Assembly: GCA_965645245.1 (NCBI GenBank)
Contig: OZ287068.1
Span: 248,001-312,000, forward strand
From: Massalongia carnosa
Taxonomy: Eukaryota
Direction of reading: 5' to 3'
Length of the DNA stretch: 64,000 nucleotides
Positions 47,523-60,207 of this stretch are shown piece after piece. Positions within the stretch are counted from its first letter, which is position 1. Every line of letters starts with the position of its first letter. The notes below the pieces were generated by a model. That model was not told the origin of the DNA, did no database searches, and worked only from the letters and a program-made list of their open reading frames with translations. Position numbers and translations under genes: made by a program.

Positions 47523-47640
47523 GTCGGGCGGGCGAAAAGAAAAAGGAATATCGAAGCGATGATAAGGTGGTGGTGATTGTAGTGGCGGTTGTGGTGGTGT
47601 GGATGTTTTTGTTTTTTTTTGGTTCAATGGGTATGGTGGT

Positions 47641-47721
47641 TGTATATGTGTGTATGTAAGTATATATGTAAGTGTAAATATCTATGTGTGTGTCTGTGTG
47701 TGTCTGTTTGTGTGTGTGTGT
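47641..47721. repeat. Imperfect (TG)/(TA) microsatellite
   Basis: Direct inspection. Confidence 0.8.
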
Positions 47722-48592
47722 AGAAGAACGACACACCAAAGAAGTCCCCTGAAGGATAGAAGAGCAGATCATCATTCCAACAAGGCCAGTTTTACGAACT
47801 AACTACTTAAGGAAGGTGCGTTCCCCATCTTTTCGGGGGCACACCTCTTCTAGACACCCACCATTACCAATCATCACATCCCTTGTGTGTGTGTGGAAAT
47901 TGGGAAAGGGTGGGGGCGGGATTGGTCTGGCGTTTCTGGGCGTGCTGAGAACGGGGAACGGGAACGGGATATGCGGGTAAGGAAGGGGAAGGGTGGAAGA
48001 GATCGGAGGGAATACTGCCATGTAACCCCGGGACGGACTACATAATCGGTTACGAATCCTAAACGGTTATTAGTTCTTTTTGCGCACCCACGAACCCCCC
48101 TTTAGCACCAGCGCTAAAACCAAAAAGATTAGTGGGAAATAAAAGGAAAAAATGCGTATATGATTGTCTCAAGCAATTCAGTGTCATCGATTCCCACATA
48201 TTTTTTTATAGAATTCACTGCGTACTACCTCGAAAAGGGTTCTCTCGTTGTCATCATCGTGGTCGCAATTGAATTAATTTGCGATGGTAATTAAATCATG
48301 AAGTTAAAAAGGTGGAACACGAGTATGCATAGTTATCTGCTTCCCGTTCCAGATTTAAAATCTCCTAAGCTAAGAAGGGAAAGGGCTCAAGAATGGTTCG
48401 TTGGACTGTGATTACGCATTTTTGGATCTTCTCTCAGATGAAATAGGAAAAAATCGAGAAAAAAAACATCGCGGTAAAGACATAGAGAGGGTTTCTGGGG
48501 GTTTTGTTTCCCACCCAACCAACCAACCACCGATTTCCCCCGTTTCTTCTGGTTACCGCCTCCGCCATGGTAGTAGTAAGTGACCGTGTTTT

Positions 48593-49648
48593 CTAGTAAT
48601 AGTAGCCGTAATTGTAGGATGTGGTGGTGGGGCTAGGCTTGGCGCTGGTGCTGGAGCTGCTGGATTTGGTGCTAGAGGTTGTGGTAGACTTGTAGGGTGT
48701 GGTGGTGGGGCTGAGCTTGGCGCTGGTGCTGCTGGACTTCGATGTGCTGGAGCTGCTGGATTTTGTGGTAGACTTGTAGGGTTTGGTGGTGGTGGTGGTG
48801 GGACTAGGCTTGGCGCTGGTGCTGCTGGACTTCGATGTGCTGGAGCTGCTGGATTTGGTGCTAGAGGTTGTGGTAGACTTGTAGGGTTTGGTGGTGGGGC
48901 TGAGCTTGGCGCTGGTGCTGCTGGACTTCGATGTGCTGGAGCTGCTGGATTTTGTGGTAGACTTGTAGGGTTTGGTGGTGGTGGTGGTGGGACTAGGCTT
49001 GGCGCTGGTGCTGCTGGACTTTGACGTGCTGGAGCTGCTGGATTTGGTGCTGGAGGTTATGGTGGACCTGTAGGGTTTGGTGGTGGTGGTGGGGCTAGGC
49101 TTGGCGCTGGTGCTGCTGGACTTTGACGTGCTGGAGCTCCTGGATTTGGAGATGGAGGTGCTGAAGGTGGTCCCAGTGCTTGCAGATGGCTTGGTGCTTG
49201 TGCTGCTGGATTTGGTGCTGGAGCTGCTGTGGTAAGTGAAGACAGGAGTCGTGCTGGTGCTTCCGATCTCAGAGTTTGTCGTGGTCTTGGTCTTGGTCTT
49301 GGTCTTGGTTTTGGTCTTGGTCTTGGTCTCCTTGGTCTTGGTGCGAGAGGTTTCGATCTCCACAGTGCTCGTGGGCGTAGATAGACTACCGTAGACAATG
49401 GAGCTGGTGGTTGATGCCTTGTAGGTGGATGTTGGGCCCTCGCTCTTTTTGGTAGAGCTTGTTATGCCCACAGTCTTCGAGGTGCGCACCGTTGTGCCGG
49501 TAGGGACATAGTAGGCTGTTGATGTAGAGGTAGAGGGCTTTGGTAGATAGTAATAATCGCGGGGTTCAATAGCAGCACCGGCTACTGGAACCGTTAGGGA
49601 CGTGAGAGATGCAACGAAAGTAACAACTTTAACGAAGGTGAACAACAT
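48593..49648 (-). CDS. Secreted Ser/Thr/Lys-rich tandem-repeat protein with Tyr-rich ends (351 aa)
   Basis: Signal peptide MLFTFVKVVTFVASLTSLTVPVAGA, then AIEPR|DYYY, a (TK)n tract, six SAK(P/L)SPTT..PYK-type units and a C-terminal YNYGYYY. Confidence 0.85.
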   Translation of the reverse strand: MLFTFVKVVTFVASLTSLTVPVAGAAIEPRDYYYLPKPSTSTSTAYYVPTGTTVRTSKTVGITSSTKKSEGPTSTYKASTTSSIVYGSLSTPTSTVEIETSRTKTKETKTKTKTKTKTKTKTTTNSEIGSTSTTPVFTYHSSSSTKSSSTSTKPSASTGTTFSTSISKSRSSSTSKSSSTSAKPSPTTTTKPYRSTITSSTKSSSSSTSKSSSTSAKPSPTTTTTKPYKSTTKSSSSSTSKSSSTSAKLSPTTKPYKSTTTSSTKSSSSSTSKSSSTSAKPSPTTTTTKPYKSTTKSSSSSTSKSSSTSAKLSPTTTPYKSTTTSSTKSSSSSTSAKPSPTTTSYNYGYYY

Positions 49649-52600
49649 GATTGCTATTGGGGTTTTATATTCTCTGGATGAAATGGTTCTCTGGCACTGC
49701 ACAAGCTGTAACGAATGAAACTTTGGGAAGGGAAATAAACTGCTGAAGCAGTCTCTTTTATATATGAATTCTTCACAACTAATGATTAACCAAGGGCCAG
49801 CCAATTTCTCACGCCTTCTAGTACGATGCAATGCATGAGATGACGACTTTCAAGCCTTTACAGATAACAAGGATATGCAAAGCAAGTAGACGCATCAAAA
49901 CGATCTGGCCAAGCGACGAGGGTGGAACATTGAGAGTTCACCCCCTGGTCTTGAGGGAAGGATTCCTGCATGGTGATACACATACTGCTCGAATCTCCAA
50001 AGCCCCATTCGTGTTCCGTTCCCAGCCGTCCCTTCTGGGGCCTTACCATTGTTCCGGGGGTCCTCTCCATTTTGGGTTATTTAACTTTTTGCAGGAATGT
50101 GGATTAGAGTCCGACACTCTACGAATCCAATCCAGCATTTTTCATGATATCGGTTGTAGCCTGGCATCTTCATAGGCTTCATTGAGAAGAAAATTCTGAT
50201 CAAATACAAGAAAATCCTGAGTACGTGGATCACTGCGTCGAACTAAACGAGGCGGGAGATCTACTCCCGGTCCTAGAATTCTGTCTGCTTCGAGGTTCTT
50301 GCTCATGCTGCCGATGAGCGCCTTCATTCTGTACAGCTCCACTGTATCATTTCCAAGGTAAGCAGGACGCAACCGGAGTCCCGGGCCTTCCGAAACTTCA
50401 GCGCTGTCAGGGTCTAAGGCTTAGCTATTATGCTTTTGGGGGATCCAGGGGTTGAGCCCAAGCATTCTCATTCGCCGACGAGGCATAACCCTTTTTCAAT
50501 CTTCTCCTGTATTAGGTACTGCAATTCGGTCTCGAGAAACCAATGGATTGAGAGAATCTCCTTTAAGATAGAAGCAAGTCCATGACAAGACTGCATTCTT
50601 CGACGGACGTGCTGCGACCTGTCAAGCCCTGACCTGATGCACGAAGAAACCCCAAAAGTTAGTAACGCGAGTAGATTCTCACCACCGGACGGAGATACAG
50701 CTGGAGAAAGCAAGATTTTGTGCGCAACTAAAGCTCCAGTCCGAAAAGAGGAAAATTTTTGAAATCAGGAACACAACAAAACACAAATTACTTACGATCT
50801 GCAGTTTCTCGCTAGTAAAGAGACTTCAATGTTATGGATCGATATGAAAGATTACTAAGATCCAAGGGGTCGAGAGTATCCAAGGCCGCATCCAAGAGCG
50901 GGTAGATGTTTCTATCTGCATACGTCTGGTGCTCATGCTCGGCTTGACGCGAATCATTATCGCTCGAAGGCTACATCGATCCTTGCTAGAGAGAAGAACA
51001 AAAGAGATTATCCCGCGGGCAGGCTGAACCTTTTTCTTGGGCAGACTTGGTGAATCGGGTTGTTGAGAAGGGGTCAAAGTTAGCCAATATTCGCATGCAG
51101 TACCTGCATGCACATACAAGGTTTATTTATATCCCGGCGCAGCGGTTGATGCATGTTCACGTTACATCAGTTACCGTAGGCCCATAAATGGCAGCTGCAC
51201 CATACCTTTAGATCGTTGACTGTCGTCGACAAGACGACTGACATCTGTTGATCGTCCGGAAGCCTTATTCTTCTCAAGGCTCGGAGATCTCTTAGAAATG
51301 CGTAACAGCCTCGAAAATCATGCCTTCCGCAATTAGCGTTCGACTTATAGACACCAGGATTTTAGGTTGACGTCGAATTATACCACTGCTCCGAAGATTT
51401 ACCACAAGGCCTGCTAGTTTTCTAGCAGTCGTTCATTCATATGACTTCATCATGAAAACCGAGACTTCTCACAGTTTAATCGGATATAAGCTCTAATGAG
51501 TGGGTGGGTTGCGTGATTTCTGCATTATCATGATCTTCAATGCGGTCAGATTTCAGCGTTTGTTCGGGACGGACGTAAAAAATATAGGCTGTATATTGGC
51601 TTGTTCATGAAAGGGCCCCCTCCGAAATCCCGCATGGTTACGAAATCAGCCATCTACGCATTAAGGAGTTGGTATATTCAGCCTCGCCAATCCTGTAACG
51701 TTATCGATCAACGGCCGCAGCTACTCGCTAGATAGTCAACATCATTCTTGGACCGTGATGACTGTATAATAGTACTCGATCCCCCTACTGGCAAGGCAAG
51801 TCTCCCGATGGAAGTTTAGCTAGCAATAGGTCTGTCATAGAACTAGTTCATTTTTGTAGTTTAGGAGCTTGTTAGTTATCGTAAGTTCGGCAAAGACGGT
51901 CAACATCCTTACAGAGAATACCTCTTGCATGTGCGGGAGAGTTGAATCAAAGCCCGGTTGGGCTGTGAGAAACTCTCCTTCACTTACTACTTTTCTTGTC
52001 TAGACTTCGTTACTAACCAAGTAACCCCTATTAGTGAGTTTAATGTATCAGTTTCCGCTAACAGGGCTGAATCTTTATCGTTCGTCAGAGATAGTGCTCT
52101 CTTGAACAAAGAGAAATCTGTCTTATGAGTCATTTTAGCAGTTTCCAATGATTGCCACACAAAGCTTTGAAATAGTTACCAGAATAATCAAGGCTTGATT
52201 AGTACGCTTCCATAAGCCTTTGACATCATCATATAAAGATTTTGAAACTCTTCCATTGGCACAAACCAGCAACACAAAACATCCACTTTCAGTGAAATTC
52301 TCTTTTAAGGTTTCGAGACTAACGAAGAATATAAGAGATGAGTACATTCCACGCCGTTCTGCTTTTATTCCATTTCAGAAGAGACATATATCTCGTGTAT
52401 TCAGGACACAAGGTCACTCAATCTCAATTCAATATTGAAGCTGGACCAAGTTCTTGAAGCAGTGCTGTTATCCGGCGAGCTTAGATTCATACTCACAATC
52501 AAATAGCTAATCAATGAAACTGGCGATATGCACCGGCAATAACTTACTGGGATGCTAGAAGTATGCCAACTCGAATATTGTTGCAAGGTTCTATTTCATG

Positions 52601-55600
52601 CCAAATCTTAGCAATCGATGACATGCTTTCTGAAAGATTCGGTGGCATGATGACATAAACATGATATTTGGAAAAGCGAGCCTGGAGGATGTCTGCAAAG
52701 AGCGAGGAACAGCTTGCAAACTTGAACGTCTTTTCAGACTTAACACAAACAGTTCGGCGACTCAAGTCACCACAGGCGTAAGTTCATCTAGAGGGGGCCG
52801 GGACTTTCGTGAATGTAGAGATTATCCAATGCGTCAGACCCACGTAAGATAGCTATCGCGCACGATGCAGCTAGTATCGAGCTGATTGGACCACGCTCAG
52901 GATATTTATGAAATAACAGACTGGTTAAAAATTCGTAAGGATCGTTGGTTCAATGTTTTGGGGACGCTAAAGCTTGTGTGGTCCCATTATACTTCGACTT
53001 CTCTTGCTTCTCGAGTAATTCTGATATCTCAGGCGTTAGTATTTTCTAGTGGGTGGTGTAAACAGGATTTGACCAATCGTTCGGATTTCCTAATTCTTAG
53101 AGCTACAACGGTCAGCTTGATGATCGACTGGAGGGGGGAACGCTAATGCGATCATGCCATAAAGTATGCAGCGAGAATTCCCTCTTACTCGATATTGTAT
53201 GGAGTAGTACGGAATAAGACAATGAGTTATGGCTAACATCATGGTCAAGTTACTTAAGTGCCTAGATCAGCGCCAGGTACGGAAGGATATTTTCGGCCTC
53301 AAATGATCACTGGCAAGGTTCTGAAGCCATGCACACTTGCCAGGGAAGCAATGTCGTCATGACTTCAGGAACTGACTTTGCGGTTCGCAGATCATATCAT
53401 AAATCGAAACCTCAGGTAGTGAGAGGAAAGGCAAGTCTTCGGGTTGCGTCAGGCTACTCGCCATTAGGTATGACGCTATTGATAATGTATGTCGGGCATA
53501 TGATAGCTTAACTACTAGCGCGGCGATTTTGCACGTGATACAAGTAGAAGGGCTCCGACCATTTCCATCAACCTCAACAGGTATACCCCTACGAAAATCA
53601 CCTCATCGGCTCATTATAAGTGCATCGCTGTCATTATTGATTAAAAGGTCATCATCTTTCTCGTCGAGACTGCGTTTAACACAGCCATATGCTAAGCATT
53701 TAAACCCGATTCCATTAGAAAACAAGCAGCCACCCAGCAAAGAAACCAATCCCCATATACCCTCTTTGAGGAAGCGGGCAATGAATATTGAGAGCTTAAA
53801 GAGGACGCGGACGTACAGCCACGTCATTATATGTGACAGCATTGGATCTAGAATTTCTCAACTTTAGAGAGCTGGACGACGTCGTAATATCCTAAGGCCT
53901 CTGCAAATACCATCCGGGTTTTGGAATTCTCAAAGATTCGAGGGAACGATTCGATTGGTCATGAGCCCCTACAAAAATCTCGTCAATGAAACGCACCTGT
54001 CTAACACGTTGTGCTACTTAGATCATCCAGTTCGGGAGATCCACACGTTCGATCCAGAGGTGCACTTTAGGAGCAACATCTCGAAGACGGATCCCTTAAG
54101 CAATGACCTTTTTTAGGCCTAGGCTATATGGAGATACCATGGAAAGATGAATACTCCAGAAATCCGATAGGCCTGTGACCAATAGGCGAAAGGAAACTTA
54201 AACGCTTAACATCCAATGATTAAGTAAACCCCAATATCTGTTATGTCTTAGAAAGTATTCAATGAGGAAGGTGACCTTGTTCAACAACAATACACACTGA
54301 TACAAGGAGTCTAGATTTGCAGGATCGGATTACGAGAGCCACAATTTTGCAAGAATAATGACTAAAAGATCGTGAAGCTGATTTTTTCAACAAGATTAAC
54401 CAAAAATACAGAATGTCGATCGTTCTCTATTTTGACTGCTCTTTTGTCTAACAGCACTGGCTAAGATCGCTTTTAATAGAGTTCGATAGCCAATCCAGCA
54501 ACATAGAAACTTCCTACATTACGCTGGCGGCAGCAAGTAACAGATTATCATGTGCGTTCTCAACGCAGAGGATGTCGATAATAACTCCAGCCAAATACGA
54601 AAGCCTCCCTGCATTAGAGAGTACACCAATCGTCTTACGTTCACACGCGGGATGATAACTGACAAAGAGGAGTGGAGGTTTATTCTTTATCCCTTAGTTT
54701 TTAGATAATGAACGACTAATTCGTCCTGTTGTACACTCATTTCGGTGGTGTTGGAAATGTTACGAGCCAGTCTGGATCTTCGAACGAGATTTGGTTTCCC
54801 TACGCTGCTTACAATTGGCCAGCGCATATGGCTTGGATATCGCTCATGCCTCGTGTCAGCTGATGTCTTGTGATTCTTCCTCGTTAGTTTTGCTCTCGTG
54901 TTTGCCCTGACATTTTGTACTCTATTCCGCTACAGGGTTCTGCGGCTGTTAACTCAGAACCTTGATTCGGTTTTCCCGCGCCCTAGGGACGTTATTAATG
55001 GCCCGGATAGCAGCAGAATGACAGCTCATAAGGACCTTCAAAGACTTGTTTTCTCTTGGTGATTTGTTGGTTGCTTGCCCGTAGCAATGTCGGTGTAGCT
55101 GGCGGACTTGATTGCCGAAAGGTGAAGCTGTTTCTGGTAACGAAATCATCAAGCATTAGGAACTTCCCAATGTGGTGCTTGAAATCGGGTGTTCCATAGG
55201 TGCGCGTCGTGGATTAAACTTTCAGGATGTGTGAATCTGCAAGACAAGGACTTTTACAGAGTACCTCTCCCGGAATAAGCAAGCTATTCTCCCAAATCTG
55301 GATCTCGTATACCGAATGTAGAATAGCGTGTATCGATGAAGAAACAGCCAAGAATTTTAAACATCTCAATGACGTACAGAGTACAGAGCACAGAATACTC
55401 GTACAGCTCCAACTCACGATGTGCTCGCCCCGAATAGGCTCTCAGCTGAACAAGCATACCCTAAGTCAAGGCAGAATATCTACCCACTCCCTTGTGCCCA
55501 GCAGAGTCACGCTAACCAACAATGTCCAGCATTAGTCTGGTGGGAATCCGGCGTTGAGACAGCCACAAGCAAATCCAATAGAAACCCCTGCCGTATTTGT

Positions 55601-57894
55601 TTTTATCACAGGGCCAAGTCTGGCTTCCACCCCACAGTATCTAGCGAGGCGCCATGCTGTCATGCATCGCTACTGGTGCGTTTTGCATGGTGACCTGACA
55701 AAATAGCCTCTTGCCAGTTATCGAAGTCCCGCAGTAGCTTAGTTATGTAATGTATTTCGAGGCACAAGAACGGGAACCTTCGGAGATATTGCCGCATTAA
55801 CTTTTTACTCTGTGCCTGTGCCTGTATACAGAATATAAGAGCCATATTTGATACTAGATGATAGATGATAGTCCATCTAGCTAGCTGGCGCTTACGTAGC
55901 TGGGTACCTCGGTATCGAGTCATTCTTTTCTTTTTCTTTTCTCCTCTTATTAATATTAGTTTATTGCGTTTGCGAGGAAGTTACTCAACTACTCTTAAAA
56001 CTATCATTATGACAAAAGGAACCTTCGTCGTCTTTTTCCAGAACCAAAATAAAGAAACTTACATGTCAGGCTGTTGAGGCTAGAAGCACTAGATCAAGCG
56101 CCATAGAGTAGCTTGGGGATCATTCCCGATTGCTATCTTTTATCTGTCCTGTATCCTATCTTCATTTTTACACCTCGATCTGCTCTTGCTATTTCGTATA
56201 ATGATGCTTTGAGTATTTAAAATCAAATCATCAGCTGTGCGGTCGTATTCTTACCGCATTTCTACTGTTCAGATAACCTTCCAGGTTGTTGTATAATGGG
56301 AAAACATCAGGCGTATAGTCATGGTCCTCTACTATTTTTTGTGATGGGACTCTTGAACCTTTATAGACTTGTTTGATTGGATTAGTCGGGGTTGTGGGGT
56401 CATGCTTCGCCATTGCGGTCCACAGCTTCGTGCCATCACCCATTTCTTTCGAGGCATGGATCTGCAATCTTGGTATTTGATATTTTCTACTTCTCAGTTT
56501 GGATGATGATGATGATGATGATGGAAAGGTGGAGATTGCGAGACGGTAACTGAAGCTGATGATGCTGCTTGATCAGGGTTTTGAGATTCGTGCGTAAGCT
56601 AACAACACTAATGGCTAACAGAAACAAAAACCCCAGTAGAACGGCCCTTTTTTTTCCCCTCGCAACGGGGAAACAACCTTCAAGAACTTATTATTTTAGG
56701 CCGACACTCTTCTTGAGGTCTCTTTTCAAGATGTAGATAAGGACAGTGGGGACCATGAGAATGGTATTTTGTTCTACATATCAACCGAAAGTTAACAGTC
56801 CAAAGCCTTCGTGGGCAAGCCAAAAGGAAAATGGCCAGTGTAACCCCGAGAATGGTTCGTTTCGATAAGCTCACTACTCACTGCAAATCTACGACGTGGC
56901 TGCCTCAAAAGGTTGAGGAGCTCCTTAGCGCGAGATTGCCTTTTACCGACCACAAAAAAGTCCTGAGGTGAGAATAACCTTTGATACCAACCCTGAATAC
57001 GTGTCTTACAACATGGGGTCCGTCATACCCGAGATTTCAAGGAAGCCCGGGATTTTTACCAATGCGCGCACACACGCATGAGTGATCATCCCCCGTGGTG
57101 TGATCGTCCCGCGAACCCGAGAGGATGTTGTGCACGACCGGCATTTTTTCCACGCGAGCTGGTCGGCTTGAACTATACCGATGGTTGTACAGAGTGCTAC
57201 TTACTACGGGAAGAAAGATTTACCTTGCGCTATTGCGGTTCTGCAGGGGAATTGAACCAAACCAAACCATACCATACCTACATATCCCGCCTGGGCAGAC
57301 GATGGGGGCTGACAGCTTGAGCACGCTTTCAGTGGGGGCTTTATGCTCTTCGAAGTTTTCTAGAAAACTTGGTGGACAGTGATCGACATGTGGTGGTTTA
57401 TGCAGCACATCCTTGGGGGTTTGTTCCTTGGGGGTTTGTTCCTTGGATCCCCGCGGCTACCACGGTTCTTTCAATTTGCGTTTTTAATTTATTATTCCCC
57501 CCCCCTGCTTCCAGGGTATGTCAGTCGAAAGCATTGAGCCAATAATATTCCTAGATGGATTTCAAAACTCACAGCGCCTGCGTCAATCGCTAGAACCCGG
57601 CACATGGCGGTTGTGGGATAGGTTTGCAGGTTTCACGGAACAACAACAGGGATAGGTTTGCCAACCCCATTGAAATTACATAGATTGGAATATCTTTATA
57701 TGATTATCCACTGCTGAAATACTACCTGAGGGCTTAGATAGACCATTCTCCTCTGTCTCATTGGGTACTTTTCGTTGGAATTGCCTGACTTTGCTGCAAC
57801 TACCTAGGTTGTATAAAAACCTCAGCGGTTCATGCGGAACCCTGCGAAAACCTAGTGATCGCTTCAATACCGTCGTTCTAGAGCCTAGGTTTTC

Positions 57895-59166
57895 TTAATG
57901 TCTAGCCACAGGGACAGGTTTTTCCGTCATAGAAGCCAATCGGAAGATATGCCTTGCTTTGATGCGGCTATCGTAATCCACCGTTGCGGTATCTAATGGC
58001 CTCGAGGATCAGTTGCTGCACTTCTATATTTGGGGGGAATCAAACAAAGCAGAAGCAGCTTACGAAGCGTGTTCCGCCCATCGAACATCACCACCGAATC
58101 CTTCTCCCACTGCACGCGGGCCTGGAAGTCATGACCCAGGCAGATATGCTGGATCAGGAATTTCAGGATGAGGTCGGATTCCTGCTCCTTAAGCCCGACG
58201 ATCCCCTGTACGAACTCGGCGTTGAGGAAAATAGTTTTCTCGCCCGTGACCGGGTGGACGCGCACGATTGGGTGGATACTGGTGATGGGGTCTTTGCGGA
58301 CTAGGCCGTTGTTGACGCGAGCGAAACCGATCATCTTTTCCGAGCTGTGAGCGGCTTTGAGGCCATCGATCATGGCTTGAAAGGCGGGAGATAGACGACT
58401 TAGTGCCGAACTATTGTCAGCTGACTTCTTATAAGTAAAAGCGCAAGCGAACTAGTTACTTATACGCTTCGGTCGTGTCGGCAAAAACCGTATCACCACC
58501 GACATCAGGACAAGCTAGAATTCCAAGCATGATATAGCCCGGCGGCTGCGCTTCATAACTCACGTCCTGATGCCACAGCGTCGACGTCATCTTGTGCTCA
58601 AAGAACTTCGCAATCTCGGCCTGGTTCCCATCTCGATGGATGATATGGAAGCCTGGGAATCCTTTGACGCAACCGGTCACGGGTTGATAGTTTGGTTTGC
58701 CGAAGTAGGCCATGAAATCTTGCTGAAACTGAGGGCCGCTCTGTAAGAAATCTCGCTGATCCCGAAGCACGATGATCTTGCGCTCCACAATGAGGAGCGC
58801 TAGTTCGTCTCTAGCCGCATCATTTAGGTTTCCCAGATTCACTCCAATCAAGATAGTGCCCATCTTGGGCGTGATATCACGAGATTTTATGCCTGGCAGC
58901 AAGAGATTGGGCTTTGTTTTGTCCGCCCGCAGTGCCGGATCATGGTACTCGAACTCAGGCAGTTTATTGTACCAGGCCTTGTCGAAATTCGGTAGATAAT
59001 CCGGGTACTCGGTTCTTGACTTTGCATGCTCGTGCTCCGAAGCCGACGGCTCTTTGTATGGCAAGTTAATGTCATAACTCAGGATCACCTCGTTCTTCTC
59101 CAAAGAAGTTGGAGCTGTTCCGTTGGCTGTCGGACGTGATGCTCTTGAGTCGGTTGCGGAAGCCAT
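57895..59166 (-). CDS. TauD/TfdA-family Fe(II)/2-oxoglutarate dioxygenase (3 exons)
   Basis: WHQD facial-triad motif, GGDTVFAD, HPIVRVHPVTGEK and distal HTA..R. Introns 58459-58399 and 58063-57993 restore the frame. Confidence 0.92.
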
Positions 59167-60207
59167 TTTGAAACGTCTGGATACTCGGAAAATGTAACGT
59201 CAAGCTCGCTCGCTCGCAGTATAATAAGGGGGTTTCGACAAGCGTTTATAAGAGCAACAGAACATGGATTCATATCATACCTTTGGCACTTTTCAAATGG
59301 ATGTTGATCCTCCCACTCTTCCTACAGAATCCGATTCCCAAATTGCCTTGGAGTAGGGGCAGCACGCTCTCACGTAAGCTCCACGCGGCGATGATATAAT
59401 AGCAAGTCGGGACGGCCGGAGACTCCGTAGCTGCTTGCACCAACCGATACCGCTATCTTTCAGGGCACCACTAAAGTCTCGTCCTTGGGATTTTTAAATG
59501 ACTCAGCAGCGCTAAAAAACTGCAGATTCAAGCGCATAAGCCAACGAGAGTGAAAAGGAAGGCATCCTCAGGTCCTATACGGAGGATGCTAAAGCACGGA
59601 TACGTGAGCTCAAAAAATTATGGTAAATGTATCGTTTACCTTTGTAGATCATTGTAAAGAGGCTATCGGAGATAAGCTTATCGAAACCCGATTGGCCGAT
59701 CAAGCCACCCACCATCGGCAAAGGATTTCCTGGTATGTTTACTGTACTTTATTGACACACCGTGTACTAATCATGTACAAGGTTCTCGATATTACATTGC
59801 AGTCCTTTCACAGACACGCAACCAAACTAGACAAAAGAGGTTAGCCACCAGGAAAGGAATCAGCTTGACATAAGAATGCCTGCACCCCTTCCTTCGGAGT
59901 GTGTTGGGGGCGAGTGGAAAATATTTTCCTCCACGGCAGTCAGAATCTGGGAATTAGTATTGGCGTTTTACGTGCTTGTTGTGCTATTAGTGGTGGGAAC
60001 AGGATGAAAAACACCCCATGGCGTCATGCTGATAGATGCACGCACTGTCGCGGTTTGGGATGTGTTTTGGGATGTGTACGGAGAAGAACGAACGAGGGCG
60101 TTGGTTTGAACGCACCCAACACCGCCAAGCGCTCGTTGCAACATCGCCCTGTGGCCAAAAGCACTGACATCATGCGAAATGGGTTGGGTTGAGTAAAGAA
60201 GGAATAG

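Noticed and set aside
54459..54468. GGCTAAGATC, similar to part of U2 snRNA
   Set aside because: Only ~10 nt match; no branch-pairing GTAGTA or Sm site follows.
49900..56900. Many 60-115-aa ORFs
   Set aside because: No recognisable motifs or consistent exon structure; possibly eroded genes, but not supportable by eye.
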